From Bacillales bacterium UBA784 (GTDB lineage: Bacteria > Bacillota_I > Bacilli_A > RFN20 > CAG-288): a stretch of DNA of 64,000 bases. The notes under the pieces were generated by a model. That model was not told the DNA's origin. It worked only from the letters and a program-made list of their open reading frames with translations, and did no database searches. The translations under genes and the position numbers were made by a program. Where the stretch lies: contig DBJE01000001.1 in assembly GCA_002297045.1 (NCBI GenBank), positions 46,168 through 110,167 on the forward strand, in the 5' to 3' direction. Shown here one piece after another: positions 9,667 through 17,635 of the stretch (its first letter is position 1; the number at the start of each line of letters is the position of its first letter).

Positions 9667-10562
9667 TATTCTGCACTGCTTCGGCTAACTGCCGAAGCCA
9701 TCCTTTCCGTCCGCTCATCGGCCGAAATCGTCTTTAAGGCAGCGTTTAAGGCATCCTTAAGACCGGTGTTTTCCTTTTTGACTCCGACGGAGACGCCAAG
9801 CTGGGCTAAATCAATGCCGAGAATGCTCTGATCCCTGCGGATGATGCCAAGGCCGTTCCTGTTCTGAACGTAATTCTGGGCGACCGGCCTTTCGACCGTG
9901 AGGAAATCGGCAGTCCCGTTCTCGACATCCTTTGCCGCTAGGGCATAGCTAGTCTGGGCAGAGGCATGATGGCACCCATAATCCGTAACAAAAGTATCAA
10001 TCCTATCGTCTTCGACTGTATTAGCCTGGGAGACAACCTGTTTTCCCTTTAATAGGGTTTTCAGTTCCTCAGTGCCTAAGATCTGTCCTTCATAGGGGGC
10101 AGAGAATTCACTACGGGTTATCAGAACGACTTCTGAACGGTAGTATTCGTCCGAAAAGGAAATCGACTGCCGGCGCTCTTCGGTGTCCGTCCTTCCGGCC
10201 AGAACCCTATTGATGGAATCGTTCTGGCAGTCAGTGATTAAAGATTCCCATGATTCCTTGACAATGGAAACATCCCTGCCCCTGACAGAAGAAAGCTTTT
10301 TGGCGACCTGGATGTCATAGCCGTCAGCATAGCCTTGGGCGTTTGAAATCTTGAGGGTGTAATCGTTGCTTTCGTTTTCGGTCCAGTTAAACGGGGCATA
10401 GTTACATTCCCTGCCGACCACTAACTGATCGACTTCAACATGAAAGATTTCCTCGCCGATGGTGATTTCTTTGCCCTTGGCCGTATCCCCTTTTGAACAG
10501 CCGGGAAGCAGAAAAAGCAACGACAAAACGGAAACGGCACGGATCAGACTTGTTTTAGACAT
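9666..10562 (-). CDS. Polar amino acid ABC transporter substrate-binding lipoprotein
   Basis: Start at MSKTSLIRAVSVLSLLFLLPGC with a lipobox. GGAGGA RBS lies upstream at 10563-10575. Family-3 solute-binding features are present. Confidence 0.75.
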   Translation of the reverse strand: MSKTSLIRAVSVLSLLFLLPGCSKGDTAKGKEITIGEEIFHVEVDQLVVGRECNYAPFNWTENESNDYTLKISNAQGYADGYDIQVAKKLSSVRGRDVSIVKESWESLITDCQNDSINRVLAGRTDTEERRQSISFSDEYYRSEVVLITRSEFSAPYEGQILGTEELKTLLKGKQVVSQANTVEDDRIDTFVTDYGCHHASAQTSYALAAKDVENGTADFLTVERPVAQNYVQNRNGLGIIRRDQSILGIDLAQLGVSVGVKKENTGLKDALNAALKTISADERTERMASAVSRSSAE

Positions 10563-10860
10563 GAAAAATGTCCTCCTATGATGGTCAGCCCGCACATGAT
10601 GCGAAGCCGCCTAAAGGAAGACTGGACTCGTATCAATAGTGCCAACCTAGGCCGATATGCCTAGGAGAGTCCTTAAGGTATTTCCTTAAGGTCCAACTCG
10701 TCCCTTTCCCCCGCGTTAGGTACTCAGGAAGGTTTCGGCGGCTCTTACCTTTCCTTGCCGGGCAATCCGCATTTCCCGGGAAGTACTATTTTGTAGCCGC
10801 TCCTCTATTCGATCTGACAAGCCTAGTTAAAACCATAAAAGGAGAAAAAGCAACATTATT
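10563..10860 (-). promoter_or_regulatory. Long (~300 nt) structured 5' leader of the amino acid ABC operon, a candidate riboswitch (lysine L-box-like?) or T-box
   Basis: Minus-strand reading shows a putative promoter TTGTCA-N18-TACAAAAT. The leader then contains AGAGGAGCGG...ATAGTAC...GGAAAGG...AGCCGCCGAAACC, which are L-box-like blocks. AGCCGCC can pair long-range with GGCGGCT, and there are several palindromic hairpins (CCTTAAGG x2, CCTAGG x2). A separate hairpin plus T-run at 10839-10867 acts on the minus strand. Confidence 0.3.
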
Positions 10861-10974
10861 TTCTCCTGGACGGACAATTTCTTCTTGTAAGAGCTTCCAG
10901 GAGGAAAGGATGATTTTGTGGAATAGGACACAAGGATGCGACTATAATAAAAGTGAACAAGGAGAACAAATAAG

Positions 10975-12144
10975 ATGGAAAACTTTTTCTGGGAGACACC
11001 GACAAAGGTCTATTTCGGCGAAGGAGTCGTCAAGCATCTTCCTTCCGTAAGGAAGCAATATGGAAAGAGAATTCTTCTCACCTATGGAAAGAACTCCATC
11101 AAGAAAAGGGGGCTCTATGACAAGGTATATGCCTTGCTTAAGGGGTTTGAAATCTATGAGCTCTCGGGAATAGAGCCTAATCCGAAGTACAATCCTTCCG
11201 TCATCGATGGCGTGAAGATCTGTAAGGAAAAGAAGATTGACGTCATCCTTTCCGTCGGAGGGGGATCGGTCCTTGACTGCTCTAAGGCAATCGCCGGAAG
11301 CGCCTTTTATGACGGAGATCCATGGGACATCATCATCGGAAAGGCGAAGACCGAAAAGGCCCTTCCGATAGTTGATATCCTTACCTTATCGGCAACGGGG
11401 TCGGAGTTCGATGACGGCGGAGTCATCTCTCGGAAAGAGACGAACGATAAGCTCTGCTACTCTTCTCCGCTTGTCTATCCTGCCTATTCCTTCCTTGATC
11501 CGACCTATACCTTCTCAGTAAGCAAGAAGCAGACCGCTGCAGGCGTTGCCGATGCCAGGAACCATGTCTTCGAACAGTATTTCGCCACTCCGTCCACTAT
11601 CCTTAACGATGGATTCAGGGAAGCAAGGCTGCGTTCTTTAATGACCAATGTCAAGATAGCCCTTCAGGATCCGGAAAACCTTGAGGCAAGAAGCCAGATT
11701 AGGTGGGATTGCTCCTTTGGCTGCAATGGCATCCTCTCCTGCGGAAGCGGACGCTCGGGCTGGCCAAGGCACGCCAGGGAACACGCCCTTTCGGCCTATT
11801 ATGACATCACCCATGGCATCGGACTTGCCATTTTGACTCCTCGCTGGAGGGAACATATCCTTAACCGGAAGAGTGTCGATCGGTTTGTCTCCTACGGAAA
11901 GAACGTCCTTGGACTGAAATACGATGAGGGCAGGGATAAGTTTGTCTTTGCAAGAATGGCGATTAAGGAGACATACGCATTCTTTGAGTCTTTAGGCATC
12001 CCAAGGCATCTTAAAGACGTCGGAATCGATTCCTCCCGTCTGGAGGAAAGGACGGAGCATATTGTCGAAAACGAGGGGCTTGATAAGGCATGGGAACCTC
12101 TTTTCCACGATGATATTCTTGCCATTTTGAAGGCATCCCTCTAA
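10975..12144 (+). CDS. Iron-containing (group III) alcohol dehydrogenase, butanol/lactaldehyde reductase-like
   Basis: GGGSVLDCSKAIA motif and family length. Promoter -10 TATAAT at 10943-10948. RBS AAGGAG. Confidence 0.85.
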   Translation: MENFFWETPTKVYFGEGVVKHLPSVRKQYGKRILLTYGKNSIKKRGLYDKVYALLKGFEIYELSGIEPNPKYNPSVIDGVKICKEKKIDVILSVGGGSVLDCSKAIAGSAFYDGDPWDIIIGKAKTEKALPIVDILTLSATGSEFDDGGVISRKETNDKLCYSSPLVYPAYSFLDPTYTFSVSKKQTAAGVADARNHVFEQYFATPSTILNDGFREARLRSLMTNVKIALQDPENLEARSQIRWDCSFGCNGILSCGSGRSGWPRHAREHALSAYYDITHGIGLAILTPRWREHILNRKSVDRFVSYGKNVLGLKYDEGRDKFVFARMAIKETYAFFESLGIPRHLKDVGIDSSRLEERTEHIVENEGLDKAWEPLFHDDILAILKASL

Positions 12145-12156
12145 AACTAACCACCT

Positions 12157-12183
12157 GCCTGCCCTAAGGGGCAGGCTTTTTTT
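12157..12183 (+). terminator. Rho-independent terminator after the ADH gene
   Basis: Stem GCCTGCCC, loop taag, stem GGGCAGGC, then T7. Confidence 0.8.
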
Positions 12184-12194
12184 GTGGAACAAAG

Positions 12195-12217
12195 AACTTG
12201 TGCTCACAGCACAAGTT
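12195..12217. promoter_or_regulatory. Perfect 10-bp-arm inverted repeat AACTTGTGCT-CAC-AGCACAAGTT, a candidate operator
   Basis: Seen directly in the sequence. It shares CTTGT/ACAAG half-sites with the CTTGTATACAAG motif 20 bp downstream. Both lie between the ADH terminator and the SDR gene. Confidence 0.5.
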
Positions 12218-12236
12218 AGAATGTAACCCCTTTAAA

Positions 12237-12248
12237 CTTGTATACAAG
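12237..12248. promoter_or_regulatory. Palindromic motif CTTGTATACAAG (copy 1 of 3), a candidate GntR-family operator
   Basis: The identical 12-mer recurs at 26435-26446 and 26494-26505. All three copies sit in promoter regions of pectin-catabolism genes. Confidence 0.55.
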
Positions 12249-12281
12249 AATGGTAAACTATCTCAAAGGAGCTTGTTATTT

Positions 12282-13079
12282 ATGGATATTTCTTCCTTCC
12301 GTCTCGACGGAAAAGTCGCCTGGGTGACTGGTGCAAGTTATGGAATCGGGTTTGCCATCGCCTCTGCCTATGCCAGAAGGGGAGCGAAAGTTGTCTTCAA
12401 TGACCTTAGCGAAGAAAAACTTCAAAAAGGGATTTCTGCCTATAAGGAAATCGGAATTGACGCATTTGGAGCGGTTTGCGATGTTACCAAGGAAGAACAG
12501 GTCAATGCCTTTGTTAAGATGGTCATCGATAAATTCGGCCGTCTTGACATTCTGGTGAACAACGCTGGCATTATCAAACGGATTCCAAGGACAGAGAGGA
12601 GCGAAAAAGACTTCTCTGCCGTGATTGACGTCGATTTGATTGCCCCTTTTATCGTCTCTAAGGCCGTCATTCCCTATAGGATTAAGCAAGGCCATGGAAA
12701 GATCATCAATATCTGCTCAAGGAGGAGCGAACTTGGTCGGGAGACGGTCTCTGCCTACGCCGCAGCCAAGGGCGGTTTAAAGAGGCTCACCAAGAACATC
12801 TGCTCGGAGTATGGCTCCTATAATATTCAGTGCAACGGAATCGGGCCTGGGTATATTGCCACGCCACAGACCGCTCCCCTTCGGGAAAAACAGAAGGATG
12901 GTTCAAGGCATCCCTTTGATCAGTTTATCCGGGCAAAGACCCCTGCCGGACGCTGGGGGACTCCGGAAGACTTAAGGGGACCTGCTGTCTTTTTGGCCTC
13001 GGATGCTTCTAACTTCGTCAACGGACATATCCTGTATGTCGATGGAGGAATCCTAGCCTACATTGGAAAGCAGCCATAG
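12282..13079 (+). CDS. SDR-family oxidoreductase, KduD / gluconate 5-dehydrogenase-like
   Basis: LDGKVAWVTGASYGIGFAIA Rossmann motif, YAAAKGG catalytic motif, RBS AAAGGAGC. Start at MDISSF; the ORF-track start at 12198 lacks an RBS. Confidence 0.8.
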   Translation: MDISSFRLDGKVAWVTGASYGIGFAIASAYARRGAKVVFNDLSEEKLQKGISAYKEIGIDAFGAVCDVTKEEQVNAFVKMVIDKFGRLDILVNNAGIIKRIPRTERSEKDFSAVIDVDLIAPFIVSKAVIPYRIKQGHGKIINICSRRSELGRETVSAYAAAKGGLKRLTKNICSEYGSYNIQCNGIGPGYIATPQTAPLREKQKDGSRHPFDQFIRAKTPAGRWGTPEDLRGPAVFLASDASNFVNGHILYVDGGILAYIGKQP

Positions 13080-13101
13080 GCATGCCTTGGAGGACTGACT
13101 G

Positions 13102-14070
13102 ATGAAAAAACAATTAACTGGTCTGGCTCTTCTTCCCCTTCTTCTTACTCTGGTGGGATGCGGAAAGAAAAGGGAGGCTGCCTGCTATCTTTCGGATAAA
13201 GGGGCAGACAGACTCGAAGGACAATTTGCCCTGAAATGCTCTCTTTCGGCAAGCAAAGGCGTAATCGACTCGTTAAAATTTTCCGAGACCTATTCCCCCA
13301 ATTATTGGGCGAAGGTAAAGGCGGAGGATAAGGACAAGGTCGAAACAATCGAAGTTCCTGCAAGTTATCAAGGCGATGAGGCTACTGAAAGTATTTATCT
13401 GGCGAAACATATTTATGTCAATGGCAGGAATTGGACAGGTACCCTCCGTGATTTCGATGAGGAGGCCTCCTATATCCGGTATGGGGAGTATGTTAAGTAT
13501 ACCGCCGATGATTCAAGCGGAGAACAGGATAGCCGACGGGATCTCCTTGTCTATCTTAATGTCGCCGATGCCGACCAGTATAAGCTTGGGTCGTTTTTAA
13601 AGACCTACTATAACGATGTAAGGGAAGATAAGATTAAGATTTTAAAGGAGCAGAGCAAAGAAGAGAAGGATGGAAAGGAAGTCTACACCTATACGGATTC
13701 CTCTCTTCTCCCCTCTTTCCCTGTGGGGAAGAATCGCCTTGAAGATCCTGCCGAGAGTGAGCTTATTGCTTCGGTTAAGGCACTTGAGACGTATCTGAAA
13801 GGAAAGAAGCTGAACTATTTTGACCGGATTACCGACGAGAACCTCGATTTCCATAATACGATCAAGATTGATAGTGATTTGACCTATAGGTACAATCCTT
13901 CCTATGCCTTCACCAATTTCCTTGACGAAAAGGAGGCGGCTGAGGCCGAAGAAAAATGGGAACGGATTGATGGCTGCAGGAGCAGTGCCTTATCCCTTAC
14001 TTCCCTCGATGCCTATAGGCAGAGCGCAAACAAGGCTTTTGCCTCGGTCGAATTCGAATCAAAGTGGTGA
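13102..14070 (+). CDS. Lipoprotein, unknown function
   Basis: Signal peptide MKKQLTGLALLPLLLTLVGCGKK carries a lipobox. Confidence 0.55.
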   Translation: MKKQLTGLALLPLLLTLVGCGKKREAACYLSDKGADRLEGQFALKCSLSASKGVIDSLKFSETYSPNYWAKVKAEDKDKVETIEVPASYQGDEATESIYLAKHIYVNGRNWTGTLRDFDEEASYIRYGEYVKYTADDSSGEQDSRRDLLVYLNVADADQYKLGSFLKTYYNDVREDKIKILKEQSKEEKDGKEVYTYTDSSLLPSFPVGKNRLEDPAESELIASVKALETYLKGKKLNYFDRITDENLDFHNTIKIDSDLTYRYNPSYAFTNFLDEKEAAEAEEKWERIDGCRSSALSLTSLDAYRQSANKAFASVEFESKW

Positions 14071-14073
14071 TTC

Positions 14074-14889
14074 ATGTCTTTTACTCTCCTTTATCCGGGC
14101 TTTAGAAAGAAGGCGGTGACCTTTTCCTTTGATGACGGTGTCATCCAGGACAAGGTGACTTTAGCGATAAGGAGAAGATATCAAAGGAAAGGGACATTCA
14201 ACCTCAACAGTGGGAAGTCGGGCGAAAGAAAGTTCCGTGAGGGAAAGGACTGCTCTTATCTTGCCCTTGAGAATTGCCGCCAGCTCTATCAGGACAGGGA
14301 AATCTCTTCCCATACCTTCTCTCATCCGCACAGGGAGAATCTGTCTCTGGCAGAGCAGAGAGAGGAATACAGAAAAGACAGAGAAAATCTTTTCCTTCTT
14401 TTCGGACAGGAAGTCAAAGGGTCTGCCTATCCTTATGGGACCTATAATGCCGATACAATCAGATCCTTGAAAGAGGAAGGCTTCTTTTACTCTCGGACGA
14501 CGAAGCCGACTTATGGTTTCTCTCTTCCTCTCGATTTCTATCTCTGGCATCCGACGATCCATCACCGGGATAGAAGAAGGAGGGAAAGGATGGACAGCTT
14601 CCTTTCCTGCCAGGAGGAACTCCCTCTCTTCTTTATCTGGGGCCACTCCTATGAGTTTGCCCTTGACGATAACTTCTCTCTGAGGGAAGAAATCTGCAAT
14701 CGGCTAAGGAAGAGGAACGATGTCTATAAAGGGACGAACAGGGAAATCTATGACTATGTCCATGCCGCTACGATGGTCTATGAACGAGACTCTCAGTTTC
14801 ATAATCCGAGTGGCCTTGATGTCTATCTGAAAGACGAGATGGGTCGGTTATATTTGATACCAAAGGAAGGGGCAATCATGCATGGATAA
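14074..14889 (+). CDS. Polysaccharide deacetylase (NodB/CE4) family protein
   Basis: VTFSFDDGV and HTFSHP motifs of the NodB homology domain. Confidence 0.7.
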   Translation: MSFTLLYPGFRKKAVTFSFDDGVIQDKVTLAIRRRYQRKGTFNLNSGKSGERKFREGKDCSYLALENCRQLYQDREISSHTFSHPHRENLSLAEQREEYRKDRENLFLLFGQEVKGSAYPYGTYNADTIRSLKEEGFFYSRTTKPTYGFSLPLDFYLWHPTIHHRDRRRRERMDSFLSCQEELPLFFIWGHSYEFALDDNFSLREEICNRLRKRNDVYKGTNREIYDYVHAATMVYERDSQFHNPSGLDVYLKDEMGRLYLIPKEGAIMHG

Positions 14890-15880
14890 AAATAAAGTGG
14901 TTTCCGGAAGGGGAGAAAGGCTTCTCCGCCTGACAAGCAATAAAGGACGGCAGAGGAAGGATGCCACGTCTTTCTCCTCCTGTTATGGAGGAGCGGAGGC
15001 AAATGTCCTTATGTCGCTCTCTTCCCTTGGCAGGAAGACGAGATTCCTCACGCGGCTTGGAAAGGATGAAATCTCCTTAGGTGCCCTTCTAGCCCTGAAG
15101 AAGGCGGGAGTCGATCCTTCATTTATCAAAAGAGACGATAATCCCCTTGGCCTCTATTTCTTGGAAGAAGGGGAAGGAAAACGCCCTTCCAAGGTGGTCT
15201 ATCACCGAAAAGGATCATCGGCAACAGCAAGGAAAAAAGATGATTTTGATTTCGATGAAGCCTTAAAGGATGTAGCCCTGTTCCATGTTTCGGGTATCTC
15301 TCTGTGCTTGAGCGAGAGTAGGCGAGAGTGTGTTAGGGAGGCAAGGAAAGCCTGTAAGAAAAGGAACATTCCGGTTAGCTTTGACTTTAATTATCGCTCG
15401 ACTTTGCTCCCTCTAGAGGACGCAAAGAAGATTTATCCTCTTGTCGTACCCTATTGCAAATATATCTTTGCCTCTTTATGGGATAGGAAGACACTTCTTG
15501 GCTTTAGGCCTTTTGAAGAAAACGAGGACGAAGTCTTCCAGAAAGCCTGCAAAGAGTTTGGATTCGACTTCATCTTCACGAAGAAACGGAGCATCATCAA
15601 TGACCGCAACCAGCTTCTCCTTCCTCTTGCTTATACGGAAAAGGGAAAGATTGTAGGACGGCAAGAGGAAAGGTATATCTTCGACCGGATTGGTGCGGGT
15701 GATTCCTTTGCCGCCGGAGTCCTCTTTGGACTATTGGAAAAGAAAGAATTGAAGGAAAGCCTCGACTATGGCATTGCCAACTGTGCCTTAAAGCAGACAA
15801 TCTTCGGTGACCAGGCTAATTTCTCAAAAGAGGAACTGGAAGAGTACCTCCGTAGGGGAAAGGAGGAAAGGAGAAGATGA
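14882..15880 (+). CDS. kdgK: pfkB-family sugar kinase, 2-dehydro-3-deoxygluconokinase (KdgK)-like
   Basis: N-terminal LRLT...YGGAEANV and C-terminal DRIGAGDSFAAG pfkB signature. Confidence 0.8.
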   Translation: MDKNKVVSGRGERLLRLTSNKGRQRKDATSFSSCYGGAEANVLMSLSSLGRKTRFLTRLGKDEISLGALLALKKAGVDPSFIKRDDNPLGLYFLEEGEGKRPSKVVYHRKGSSATARKKDDFDFDEALKDVALFHVSGISLCLSESRRECVREARKACKKRNIPVSFDFNYRSTLLPLEDAKKIYPLVVPYCKYIFASLWDRKTLLGFRPFEENEDEVFQKACKEFGFDFIFTKKRSIINDRNQLLLPLAYTEKGKIVGRQEERYIFDRIGAGDSFAAGVLFGLLEKKELKESLDYGIANCALKQTIFGDQANFSKEELEEYLRRGKEERRR

Positions 15881-16533
15881 GATTCCTTTTTCTTGGTGAT
15901 TCCCTTAGGCAGGAAAACGGGGAAGAGACCTACCCTCAGGAAGGCTGGCCCAGGGAGAGGAAGAATTTTTATCCCGGAATCGACATCCTGAACTTTGCCA
16001 AGAACGGACGATCAAGCAAGTCCTTCCTTGACGAAGGAAGATTCTCTTTTGCCCTTTCAAAGGCCAGGGAAGGGGATATCTGCTTCATCGGCTTTGGACA
16101 CAACGACGAAAAAAAGGAAGACCCTTCAAGATACACGGATTCCTTTACCACTTTTGAACAGAATCTGACCTATAGGGTAGAAGAGAGGAAGAAAAAGAAG
16201 GTTACCTGCATTCTTCTTACTCCCATTACCCGTTTGCGCTATTCAAGTGATGGCATCCTCCTTCACACCCACCTATCCTACCCAGCGGCGATAAAGGAAG
16301 TGGCTGAAAAGAAAAAGGTCCATCTGATTGACCTTGAGAAGAGGACCTACGGCTACTTTTCAAAGAGAAGCCAAGAGGAGAATGAAGAGTTCTTTAGGAG
16401 GCTTAAGCCGAAGGAGTACAAAAACTATCCGGAAGGCAAAGTCGACCATACCCATCTGCGGAGAAAAGGAGCAAGGCTTGTCTGCGAGATGGTCAAAAAG
16501 AAAAGGGATGAATTTCAACTAAGGAAAAAGTGA
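15877..16533 (+). CDS. SGNH/GDSL hydrolase, rhamnogalacturonan acetylesterase-like
   Basis: MRFLFLGDSL block I and GFGHND block III. The ATGA start overlaps kdgK. Confidence 0.75.
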   Translation: MRFLFLGDSLRQENGEETYPQEGWPRERKNFYPGIDILNFAKNGRSSKSFLDEGRFSFALSKAREGDICFIGFGHNDEKKEDPSRYTDSFTTFEQNLTYRVEERKKKKVTCILLTPITRLRYSSDGILLHTHLSYPAAIKEVAEKKKVHLIDLEKRTYGYFSKRSQEENEEFFRRLKPKEYKNYPEGKVDHTHLRRKGARLVCEMVKKKRDEFQLRKK

Positions 16534-16543
16534 GGAACAGAAA

Positions 16544-17635
16544 ATGTCACTCGAGCTAAAGAATATTTATAAAATCTATCCGAACGGCTACCAGGCCATC
16601 ACCGACTTCAATCTGACAATAAACGACAAGGAATTCATCGTTCTGGTCGGACCATCGGGATGCGGAAAGTCGACGACCCTCCGCAGGATTGCCGGCCTTG
16701 AGGATATCACTCATGGCGACTTTCTTATCGACGGGAAAAAAGTGAACAATCTCCCGCCGAAAGATCGTGGCATTGCCATGGTCTTCCAAAGTTATGCCCT
16801 TTATCCGACTTTGACCGTCTATGAAAACATGGCTTTCGGACTCGACTTGGCTGGATTTGATGAGGACATCATTGAAAAGCGGGTGACTCAGACAGCAAAG
16901 ATTCTAGGCCTTAGTGATTATCTTGACCGTCTTCCTAAGGCACTCTCCGGCGGGCAGAGACAGCGTGTTGCCCTAGGACGTGCCATTATCCGTCATGCCA
17001 AGATTTTCCTCAGGGACGAACCTCTTTCCAATCTCGACGCCCGTCAGAGAGTCTCCATGCGTTCTGAGCTTATCCGTATCCATCGTCAGATCGGAGCAAC
17101 GACGATCTATGTCACCCATGATCAGATTGAGGCAAGGACTAGGGCCACACGGATTGTCTGCAGGGACGTCGGTGTCATCAAGCAGGTAGGAACGCCAAAG
17201 GAACTCTATTTCCATCCGAAGAACCTCTTTGTCGCCGGATTTATCGGCGACCCTCCGAGGAATTTCCTTCACGGAAAGGAAAAGGATGGTGTGTTTGTCA
17301 GTGAGGATGGATATCTTTCCCTGCCTCTCTCTCCCCTCTCTTCCACTAGGAAGGAAAAACTGAAGGGCAAGGAACTCGTCCTTGGCTACCGTCCCGAACA
17401 TGTCACCTTAAAGAGAGAGGAAGGGAAGAACCTGCTGCCGTTAAAAGGAAGAGTGGAAGTCAGCGAAAGGCTCGGCGATGTCGTCAACGTCTATGTCAAT
17501 GTCGGAAAGGAAAAGGCGATTTTAAAGCTCGCTCCCGAGGAGAATGTTTCTATCGGCGACCATATCGAATACTTCGTTGACAGGAACAACGTCCATTTCT
17601 TTGACGCCAAAAGCGAGGACGCCATCGAAGAATGA
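16544..17635 (+). CDS. Sugar ABC transporter ATP-binding protein, MsmX/MalK type (copy 1)
   Basis: [24 protein letters not shown] and the C-terminal TOBE-like domain. Confidence 0.85.
   Translation: MSLELKNIYKIYPNGYQAITDFNLTINDKEFIVLVGPSGCGKSTTLRRIAGLEDITHGDFLIDGKKVNNLPPKDRGIAMVFQSYALYPTLTVYENMAFGLDLAGFDEDIIEKRVTQTAKILGLSDYLDRLPKALSGGQRQRVALGRAIIRHAKIFLRDEPLSNLDARQRVSMRSELIRIHRQIGATTIYVTHDQIEARTRATRIVCRDVGVIKQVGTPKELYFHPKNLFVAGFIGDPPRNFLHGKEKDGVFVSEDGYLSLPLSPLSSTRKEKLKGKELVLGYRPEHVTLKREEGKNLLPLKGRVEVSERLGDVVNVYVNVGKEKAILKLAPEENVSIGDHIEYFVDRNNVHFFDAKSEDAIEE

Noticed and set aside
10563-10860. Confident T-box call for the amino-acid operon leader
   Set aside because: The canonical T-box sequence AAUUAGGGUGGUACCGCG is not present. 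Only loose L-box-like blocks are seen, so it is kept as a low-confidence candidate.
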